Made by a program: the position numbers and the translations under genes
Shown: positions 56,965 to 64,000 of the stretch, one piece after another
Position numbering within the stretch: the stretch's first letter is position 1
Layout of the letters: every line of letters starts with the position of its first letter
Source of the DNA: Patescibacteria group bacterium
Lineage (GTDB): Bacteria; Patescibacteriota; Minisyncoccia; Phycocordibacterales; Phycocordibacteraceae
DNA length: 64,000 nucleotides
Reading direction: 5' to 3'
Assembly (NCBI GenBank): GCA_018970425.1
Contig: JAGWWK010000003.1
Coordinates: forward strand, 10,687-74,686
Notes under the pieces: generated by a model
Seen by the model: the letters and a program-made list of their open reading frames with translations, nothing else
The model's database searches: none
What the model was told of the DNA's origin: nothing

Positions 56965-58317
56965 TTATTGCATCACGATATCATGCGACCCGCGGCGCAC
57001 GTCAAACCGAGTCTCAGACGTGTCGAGGTGGAGCCTCAGCCCGGTCTCGCGGAGTCGGGCCTCGATTTCACCTCCCATCGAGAGTGCAAGCGTCCGGAGC
57101 GTAGGATGCACTGTTGATCCCGAGCGAAGTTCCACAAGGTAGACGAGTCCCGGCAGAGTCCCGGTCAAGCGATTTGCAGTACGATATCCCATCGGTATGT
57201 AGTACTGAAGAGTGTCAGGGTCACGATACAGAGCACTGAGGCGCGACTCGTAGGTGCTCAAGAATGTGCGCGCTTCATCACGAAGCGCGTCAGGCATCTC
57301 CTCGAGGTACCACTCCTCAAAGCCGTATGCTGTGGTGAGAAGCGGGATGCGCTGCGCCACCGCGCGGTGGCGTTGAATGTCACGGAATGATCCGAAGTCG
57401 AGTAGATATTCAAACTGGAGTTCGCCGGCTTCATCGAGCATCCGTGGCAACTCCGTTTTTGGGGGTCTGGTTTCAAGAATTACACGATACTCCTTGAGAT
57501 AGGTACGATCGATAGAATCGCGAGTAACTGCGAAAGGTTCCGGCGAAAACTTTCGGTAGTATGCGAGCATCGGCATTGCGGTCTCAAGGTAGGCTTCCGT
57601 TTCGGTATACTGCTTTGTGCTGAAAGAGTTCGGATACGCTGTTTGGAGTGCTGACTCAAGTGCGGCGCCGATGTGGCGCACTTCAAACAGTGGATGATGC
57701 CGGAGTGTTCCGAGTCTGTCGCTAAAAACGCGTAATGGACCGTGCCATGCCAGGTTTGTAGACGCTCCAGCGGGAAGGAATGCGCGCATAGTGTCAAATG
57801 CGCGAGCGAGTATCGCCTTGTCATACATAGTTTGCGACTCCCCCTCGCGAATAGGGTAGCGCCCTTTCAGATACGGCGGCAGAGCTTCGAGCCCGTGGAG
57901 GTAGAACGCACGCAACTCTTCGTGTGCCGCGCGGGAGAGCGATGTTCCAATCGGGTCAATAAATGGTTGCTTGGCGAAGTCGATGTAGCGCGTCGAAGCC
58001 TCTTGGCCATTGTAGAGCCGGAGGTCCTGTAGCGCCTTCGCGGCGAGCATTGAAATGCCCTCAATGAAGACGGTCACTGATCCGAGGTCGCCGATCGACT
58101 TGTGTCCATAGCCGACATAAAACTTAGACATAAAATTATCTGCGCCTTTTTCGGCGAGTACCTTCAGGTGTGAGCGGATACCGCCTATGGAGCGCGAGTG
58201 GAGAGCGGCAAGCATCGCCTGTGCCTCCGGGTCAATGTGCGCGCTCGTGTTTAATACAAGAACTGTAGCTCCCTCGGGAGTCGTACCTTCAGTGTGAACA
58301 ATCTCCTCGAGTGCGGA
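56965..58317 (-). CDS. thyX: FAD-dependent thymidylate synthase ThyX, double-length (tandem ThyX-like domains)
   Basis: First domain: 'GHKSIGDLGSVTVFIEGIS' and 'QEASTRY' (ThyX 'S.RY'). Second domain: 'RAFLPAGASTNLAWHGPLRVFSDRLGTLRHHP' and 'FRDIQRHR' (RHR motif). Start trimmed to avoid overlapping divergent tmk. Confidence 0.6.
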   Translation of the reverse strand, partial: SALEEIVHTEGTTPEGATVLVLNTSAHIDPEAQAMLAALHSRSIGGIRSHLKVLAEKGADNFMSKFYVGYGHKSIGDLGSVTVFIEGISMLAAKALQDLRLYNGQEASTRYIDFAKQPFIDPIGTSLSRAAHEELRAFYLHGLEALPPYLKGRYPIREGESQTMYDKAILARAFDTMRAFLPAGASTNLAWHGPLRVFSDRLGTLRHHPLFEVRHIGAALESALQTAYPNSFSTKQYTETEAYLETAMPMLAYYRKFSPEPFAVTRDSIDRTYLKEYRVILETRPPKTELPRMLDEAGELQFEYLLDFGSFRDIQRHRAVAQRIPLLTTAYGFEEWYLEEMPDALRDEARTFLSTYESRLSALYRDPDTLQYYIPMGYRTANRLTGTLPGLVYLVELRSGSTVHPTLRTLALSMGGEIEARLRETGLRLHLDTSETRFDVRRGSHDIVMQ

Positions 58318-58363
58318 CATGCCCACAGTGTACTCACAAACAACAAAAGGTACACTGTGGACG

Positions 58364-58987
58364 ATGGCACGCGGAGCATTCATCGTTATAGACGGCATGG
58401 ATGGGTCGGGTAAGGGGACGCAAATGCGACTTTTGCAAACGGCGCTCTCAGGGGGCTCGTTCCTCTTTACGCGAGAACCAGGAGGCACTCCACGAGCAGA
58501 GGAGATACGCACCGAGCTTTTGCGGCACGGCGGAGCACCCTCTAACCCGGTGTGCGATTTTTTTCTCTTTTGGGCAGCTCGGGGTTCGCATATCGAAGAC
58601 GCCGTAGAGCCTGCGCGTGCGCGTGGTGTGCACGTAATCTCAGACCGCTACGACTCATCAACATTTGCGTTTCAGATTTACGGTGAGGAACACCGCGCGC
58701 TCGAGCCGGTCTTTCATGCAGTTCGTTCGTCGCTCCCGGAGTACTATCGCCCTGACGCGTACATCATTCTCGATCTCCCAGCAGAGGTCGCCTTTAAACG
58801 CAGGACGGCGGATGTAGCACAAGAAAAGTCAAAGTTTGATGTCCGTCCCATCGCGTACCACCAGCGAGTGCGTGACGGTTTTTTGGCACTTACGTCGTTT
58901 GCGCCTACGCACTATATTGATGCGAATCGCACACCTGAAGAAATGCATCGAGACGTGCTACGCGTAGTCTCCGCATGTGCCGTATAA
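58364..58987 (+). CDS. tmk: thymidylate kinase
   Basis: P-loop 'FIVIDGMDGSGKGTQ', 'REPGGT' and 'DRY' motifs. Confidence 0.85.
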   Translation: MARGAFIVIDGMDGSGKGTQMRLLQTALSGGSFLFTREPGGTPRAEEIRTELLRHGGAPSNPVCDFFLFWAARGSHIEDAVEPARARGVHVISDRYDSSTFAFQIYGEEHRALEPVFHAVRSSLPEYYRPDAYIILDLPAEVAFKRRTADVAQEKSKFDVRPIAYHQRVRDGFLALTSFAPTHYIDANRTPEEMHRDVLRVVSACAV

Positions 58988-59000
58988 TGCGGGTACTCCC

Positions 59001-60257
59001 ATGTACATAGAAGCGCAAGACCCAGAGGTAGCAGCTGCGATAGCGGGTGAGGAAGATCGTGAGAAGCATGGGCTCGAGCTTATCCCGAGCGAGAACTACG
59101 CCAGCCACGCAGTGCGCGAGGCGAATGGGAGCATTTTCACAAACAAGTACTCTGAAGGGTATCCAGGTGCGCGCTACTACGGCGGCCAGCAGTTTACCGA
59201 TGGTATCGAAAACATAGCGCGCGATCGCGCCAAAAAGCTTTTTAACGCGCAGTACGCGAATGTCCAGCCGCTCTCCGGGGCAGGGGCCAACCTTGCGGTG
59301 TATGCCGCACTCCTCGAGCCAGGTGACACGGTCCTTGGTATGGATCTCTCTCATGGCGGTCATTTGACGCATGGTCACCCCGTCACATTTCCATCAAAAG
59401 TTTTTCGCTTTGTCCGCTACAAGATGAAGAATGCGGACACGGGCGAAATAGATTACGACGAGATGCGTGACGTTGCGTTGCGCGAAAAGCCCAAAATACT
59501 CCTCGCAGGTTTTTCCGCGTACTCGCGAGAGCTCGACTACGAACGTTTTGCCGCTATCGCGCGCGAGGTTGGCGCGCATGCCGTGATGGACGCGGCGCAC
59601 ATTGCAGGTCTGATTGCTGGCAAGGCGCTCAAAAACCCGTTCGATGCAGGCTTTGATGTGATCACTACGACTACCCACAAGACTTTGCGCGGACCACGAG
59701 GCGGCATGATCCTCACGCGAGAGAATGCTGACATTGCCAAGAAGATAGACAAGGCAGTGTTCCCAGGCCTTCAGGGCGGTCCACACATGAATGTTGTTGC
59801 AGCAAAAGCGGTAGCGTTCGGCGAGGCGCTTCATCCATCATTCCAGACCTATGCCGCGCAGATTCTTAAAAATGCGAAAGCGATGGAGACGGTGTTTTTG
59901 CATCACAACGTGCGTATGCTCGGAGGCGGCACGTCGAACCACCTGATACTCGCCGACGTCTACGGCTCACTCGGTGTGACAGGACAGGAGGCAGAGACGG
60001 TGTTAGACGAAGTCGGCATGACGCTCAACAAAAACTCGATCGCAGACGATACGCGTAAGCCGATGGATCCATCTGGTATCCGCTTCGGTACGCCTGCAAT
60101 CACAACGCGAAACTTTGGCGAGAAGGAGTGTGCTCGCGTCGCGGAGTTGATGATTGAAACACTGCGTAACACTAACAATGCTGCAACTAAAGCGAAGGTG
60201 CGTGAAGAGATAACCGCATTGGCCCGCACATTCCCAATCCCTGAATCTTTTGTATAG
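59001..60257 (+). CDS. glyA: serine hydroxymethyltransferase
   Basis: 'GSIFTNKYSEGYPGARYYGG', the PLP-Lys region 'TTTHKTLRGPRGG' and 'GGPHMNVVAAKAVAF'. Confidence 0.9.
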   Translation: MYIEAQDPEVAAAIAGEEDREKHGLELIPSENYASHAVREANGSIFTNKYSEGYPGARYYGGQQFTDGIENIARDRAKKLFNAQYANVQPLSGAGANLAVYAALLEPGDTVLGMDLSHGGHLTHGHPVTFPSKVFRFVRYKMKNADTGEIDYDEMRDVALREKPKILLAGFSAYSRELDYERFAAIAREVGAHAVMDAAHIAGLIAGKALKNPFDAGFDVITTTTHKTLRGPRGGMILTRENADIAKKIDKAVFPGLQGGPHMNVVAAKAVAFGEALHPSFQTYAAQILKNAKAMETVFLHHNVRMLGGGTSNHLILADVYGSLGVTGQEAETVLDEVGMTLNKNSIADDTRKPMDPSGIRFGTPAITTRNFGEKECARVAELMIETLRNTNNAATKAKVREEITALARTFPIPESFV

Positions 60258-61944
60258 TGACCAGATGGATATAGCCGCGCGCATAGTGGCAGCTCTTGAG
60301 AAGGCGCTCCAGTCCCTCGGCGTCGAGGGGGTCGTGCCTGCGCTTGAGCATCCGAACGACTTCGCGCATGGAGATTACGCGACCAATGTCGCGCTTGCTG
60401 CGGCAAAGGTTGCAGCCAAGAGCCCAAAAGCATTTGCGGAGGAGCTGGTCCAAGCGCTCGGTACCGTGGATGGGGTTGCAAAAATAGAAGTCGCCGGACC
60501 GGGATTCATCAACTTCTATTTGTCGCGAAAGTTTTTTGCGACATCGGTTGCAGATATCGTTGCGGTCGGAAGTGACTGGGGCAAGACCAGAATGCTTGGC
60601 GGGAAGAGAATTATGTACGAGTATACAGACCCGAATCCGTTCAAGGTCTTTCACATTGGACACTTGATGAGCAATACGGTGGGGGAATCGCTCGCGCGGC
60701 TAACTGAAAATGCGGGCGCAACGGTTGTTCGTGCCAACTATCAGGGGGATATTGGACCACATGTCGCAAAGTGTCTCTGGGCGGTCCTCCGAGAGGGTAA
60801 GGATCCTCACAATGTAGAAGAGCTTGGCGCGGCTTACGCGGCGGGAGCTGCCGCTTACGAAACTGATCCGGTGGCTAAGGGGGAGATAGATACTATCAAT
60901 CAGCGGCTCTACGCAGGAGACGAAACACTCAAGTCCGTATATGATGCTGGACGCTCCGCATCTCTTGCGCGGTTTGAAGAGCTGTATGCGCTCCTCGGTA
61001 CGGCGTTTGATCACTATTTTTTCGAGAGCGTCATGGGTCCGCTCGGACTACAGCTCGTTGCCGAGGGGGTACAGCGCGGAATTTTTGAAGAGAGTGACGG
61101 GGCTGTGGTGTATCGAGGAGAGAAAGTCGGACTTCATACCCGCGTATTCCGCACGAAAGCCGGCACACCGACATACGAGGCGAAAGAGCTTGGTCTTGAT
61201 AAAACCAAATTTGAACTAGAGAAGCTCGATCACTCGGTCATTGTTACGGCAAACGAGCAGGACGGATTTTTTAAAGTAGTACTTGCTGCTCTGGCTGAGC
61301 TTCTACCTGACGTTGCGCAGAAAACACGGCATATTTCACACGGGATGATGGTGCTCTCTACCGGCAAGATGTCGTCTCGAAAGGGTAATGTTGTGACTGG
61401 AGAATCACTGATCGCAGATATGCGTGCTCGAGCTCTTGAAAAAATGAGTGGTCGAGAGCTTGGTGCGGAGTCCGCATCGATAGCAGATGCGATTGCGGTT
61501 GCTGCGATCAAATTTGAGGTGCTAAAGCAGGGGACAGGTAAAAATATCGTGTTCGATCCAGATTCATCTCTGTCATTTGAGGGTGACTCGGGGCCGTACC
61601 TCCAGTACTCGCACACGCGAGCTCTTTCTGTCCTTAACAAGGCACGCGAAGAAAAAATCACTGCCTCTCTAGCCATGGCACCTGACACGATAGAACTCCT
61701 TGAACGCGTATTGTTCCGCTTTCCTGAAGTAACAGCGCGGGCGCTTACCGAGTACGAGCCACACTATGTCACTACCTACCTCATCGAGCTCGCAGGACTC
61801 TTCAACTCCTGGTACGCGCGAGAAAAGATAGTAGACCCACTTGACCCACATTCACCATTTAAGGTGGCGCTCACGCAGGCGTTCGCAACCACTATGAAAA
61901 ACGGACTCTGGCTTTTGGGTATCCGCGCACCTGATAGAATGTGA
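60250..61944 (+). CDS. argS: arginyl-tRNA synthetase
   Basis: HIGH 'FHIGHLMSNTVGESL', 'GKMSSRKGN' (KMSK) and a DALR-type C-terminal domain. Confidence 0.85.
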   Translation: MYSDQMDIAARIVAALEKALQSLGVEGVVPALEHPNDFAHGDYATNVALAAAKVAAKSPKAFAEELVQALGTVDGVAKIEVAGPGFINFYLSRKFFATSVADIVAVGSDWGKTRMLGGKRIMYEYTDPNPFKVFHIGHLMSNTVGESLARLTENAGATVVRANYQGDIGPHVAKCLWAVLREGKDPHNVEELGAAYAAGAAAYETDPVAKGEIDTINQRLYAGDETLKSVYDAGRSASLARFEELYALLGTAFDHYFFESVMGPLGLQLVAEGVQRGIFEESDGAVVYRGEKVGLHTRVFRTKAGTPTYEAKELGLDKTKFELEKLDHSVIVTANEQDGFFKVVLAALAELLPDVAQKTRHISHGMMVLSTGKMSSRKGNVVTGESLIADMRARALEKMSGRELGAESASIADAIAVAAIKFEVLKQGTGKNIVFDPDSSLSFEGDSGPYLQYSHTRALSVLNKAREEKITASLAMAPDTIELLERVLFRFPEVTARALTEYEPHYVTTYLIELAGLFNSWYAREKIVDPLDPHSPFKVALTQAFATTMKNGLWLLGIRAPDRM

Positions 61945-63215
61945 GCATGCGACGGCACCTCCTTGCCCTCGGTCTCTTGCTCTTCTTGCCACATGCCGCG
62001 CTCGCGGCATTTTCTTTTACCGAGATCATGTATGACCCGGCTGGGACGGACTCGAAACGTGAATGGATTGAGATTCTGAATGAAGGACCCCCGGTCGATA
62101 TTTCCGCGTTCAAGTTATTTGAAGGAGGTGTGAATCATGGACTCACTGTCGAGCGAGGGCCGGCGGTGGTGCCGACGGGCGGGTATGCGATTATTGCTGA
62201 CGATGCCACAACATTTCTCGCTGAGTATCCGAACACGTCCGGTACTGTGCTCGATTCCGCATTTTCTCTCTCAAACACTGGAGAGACGCTGGTGCTGCGT
62301 ACGAGCGGAGTAGATGTGGCGAGTGTCTCCTATGTGAACACGGTGGGCGGACAAAATGATGGGAAGTCGCTCGCATTTGTAGGTGGGGTGTGGGTGCCGC
62401 AAGATCCCACGCCGGGAGTTGGTACGCTGTCGGGCGGGAAGGGTGCTCAAGAAGAGCAAGTAATGAGTGCAGGGGGTGGAATGGTAGCACCGTCTCTTAC
62501 GGTTCGAGTCTCTGCAAGTGGCGGTGCGATTGTTGGAGTGCCGAACACCTATAGCGCGCAAGCGTTCGGTGTCCGAGGAGAAGCTCTGGAAGACGTGCGC
62601 TATGTGTGGAACTTTGGAAATGGTGCCACGCGGGAAGGGCAGACCGTACTGTTCGCCTATACTTTGCCGGGGACGTTTGATGCATCTGTTGATGTAGCAA
62701 GCGCGGGCATTTCCGGCACATCGCGCTTCACCGTAGTTGCGCGCGCGGCAGAGGTGGTCGTATCTCGGGCAAATGAGTCATTTATTGAGCTTGATAATCG
62801 CTCGTCGGCCGAAGTGGATGTCAGTTTATGGAGAATTGTCTCCGGTGATCGCTCATTTGTGCTACCGCCACGAACGATCATACGGTCGCGCGCAACGCTC
62901 GCGTTTCCTAGTGAGGTTACAGGGCTCACGCCGACATCTGCGCTCTCTGTAGTGGTGCAGTATCCGAATGGCGCGAAAGCAGTGAGCCCTGCGCCAGAGG
63001 TGACATACCCGATTTCAAAAGAAACGACTCGCGTTACGCGCGAGTCGAGTCAGGTGCGAGTCACGGAATCAGTCTCACGCCGCGAACCACGTGTCCTTGT
63101 AGCAGCAACATCGACGACTCCCTCATACCCGTGGCAGCCCTTTTTGACCGGGGCGTTGGCAGCAACGGCACTTGCCGCGTGTGCTGGGCTCGCCTACATC
63201 CAGTTTAAAAGGTAG
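61941..63215 (+). CDS. lamin-tail-domain (LTD) surface protein with signal peptide and C-terminal TM anchor
   Basis: Signal 'LLALGLLLFLPHAALA'. LTD signature 'FTEIMYDPAGTDSKREWIEILNEGPPVDISAFKL...SNTGETLVLR'. C-terminal 'LTGALAATALAACAGLAYIQFKR'. Confidence 0.65.
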   Translation: MSMRRHLLALGLLLFLPHAALAAFSFTEIMYDPAGTDSKREWIEILNEGPPVDISAFKLFEGGVNHGLTVERGPAVVPTGGYAIIADDATTFLAEYPNTSGTVLDSAFSLSNTGETLVLRTSGVDVASVSYVNTVGGQNDGKSLAFVGGVWVPQDPTPGVGTLSGGKGAQEEQVMSAGGGMVAPSLTVRVSASGGAIVGVPNTYSAQAFGVRGEALEDVRYVWNFGNGATREGQTVLFAYTLPGTFDASVDVASAGISGTSRFTVVARAAEVVVSRANESFIELDNRSSAEVDVSLWRIVSGDRSFVLPPRTIIRSRATLAFPSEVTGLTPTSALSVVVQYPNGAKAVSPAPEVTYPISKETTRVTRESSQVRVTESVSRREPRVLVAATSTTPSYPWQPFLTGALAATALAACAGLAYIQFKR

Positions 63216-63237
63216 TATTGGATGATAGATTGAGTGC

Positions 63238-64000
63238 ATGTCATCTATTCGAGTGTCTACGCTCCCAATTGCGTTAAGAAATGATCCAACCTTTGAGACA
63301 TTTCTATCACCAATAGTGGCTTATGCGACTGCAAAGTTAATCGGTGCTGAGCCAATGATTTCAATTAACTTGTTTGGAATGAAGTATGAGCAGGTACTAT
63401 CCGATAGTGAGGGGGTGAGACTCTATTCTGACAGTTTGCGTAATATCTGTGGGGAAAATTTTAATCCGCACGTAGTTTCAGATGTTAACGATCAATACGT
63501 TTCAAAAATCAAAGAACTATTAAGCTCTAAAATTGATGACGGTACCATCGTAAAGACAGAGCTAGAGTTAATGATGTGCTCGTGCGGGAGGTCTCAATTC
63601 CCAAAGGATGCACTAGCTAGCATTGCACTTGAGCCAGACATAGTCGAAAAAACTGCAAGCGGGTACCGTTGCGTGTTCTGTCACTCTGAGCTTTTTGAGC
63701 AGGTAACAAGCGCCCTAATCTTGCGCGCACAAAGTGGGTTTGTTGCACCAACCATTTTTCCTGATCGGTATCGGAAGAAAGCAGAAAATCAGCAACAAAT
63801 TCTTTCTGGACGACCTGTGATCATTTCACGAGTTCAGAGGAATACAGAATCACGCTTCTCAGTTCATGGATATTCGATCGATCCAGATGTGTGGTGGGCA
63901 TGTATGCCGTTCATTTCTCTGCAAAACCAAGATGAGGTAATTCTCGTAACTTCTTCAAAAACACTTTGGCATGCTGTGCGCACGACCCATATCGCGAGAC
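63238..64000 (+). CDS. hypothetical protein, 5' part only (runs off the window), with two CxxC pairs; lower GC than the rest of the window
   Basis: Open frame from ATG 63238 to the window end (over 254 codons, no stop). 'CSCGRSQF...CVFCH' suggests a zinc ribbon or knuckle. Not present in the ORF track. Confidence 0.4.
   Translation, partial: MSSIRVSTLPIALRNDPTFETFLSPIVAYATAKLIGAEPMISINLFGMKYEQVLSDSEGVRLYSDSLRNICGENFNPHVVSDVNDQYVSKIKELLSSKIDDGTIVKTELELMMCSCGRSQFPKDALASIALEPDIVEKTASGYRCVFCHSELFEQVTSALILRAQSGFVAPTIFPDRYRKKAENQQQILSGRPVIISRVQRNTESRFSVHGYSIDPDVWWACMPFISLQNQDEVILVTSSKTLWHAVRTTHIAR

Overview
This is a 64 kb piece of bacterial chromosome with about 55% GC and dense, mostly operonic coding. 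It spans a classic replication-origin neighbourhood: rpmH-rnpA-yidC-jag on the minus strand, diverging from dnaA-dnaN-DUF721 on the plus strand, with TTATNCACA DnaA boxes between them. The gene content points to a reduced, monoderm, host-associated lineage such as Candidate Phyla Radiation / Patescibacteria; that taxonomic call is inference. The supporting content is: many overlapping start/stop junctions, lamin-tail-domain surface proteins, PilB plus PilM/N/O but no secretin, a Gram-positive-type VirB4 cluster, no obvious biosynthetic operons, and split ribosomal-protein clusters.

The main accessory feature is a 12-gene plus-strand cluster at about 3.3-14.7 kb, plus a divergent secreted Cys-rich gene at 2.1-3.2 kb. 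It encodes a Gram-positive-style type IV secretion or DNA-uptake-like apparatus: a PrgI/VirB3-like protein, a VirB4 ATPase, a VirB6/TrbL-like polytopic protein, a VirB2/TrbC-like pilin and several large secreted proteins. The VirB4 gene is interrupted by a single in-frame TAG.

Other items worth a second look:
- A tightly coupled four-gene minus-strand operon at 46.3-49.8 kb, next to a Fur-family regulator and a ZIP transporter.
- Two tRNA genes, each flanked at the 5' end by a 74-bp tandem repeat (about 2.35 copies) that begins inside the mature tRNA.
- A duplicated tRNA-Ser 3' end with its terminator.
- A dcd-thyX | tmk-glyA thymidylate module with a double-length ThyX.
- A lower-GC tail at the right edge of the window.

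All calls rest on motif recognition by eye and the supplied ORF track. No database searches were run.
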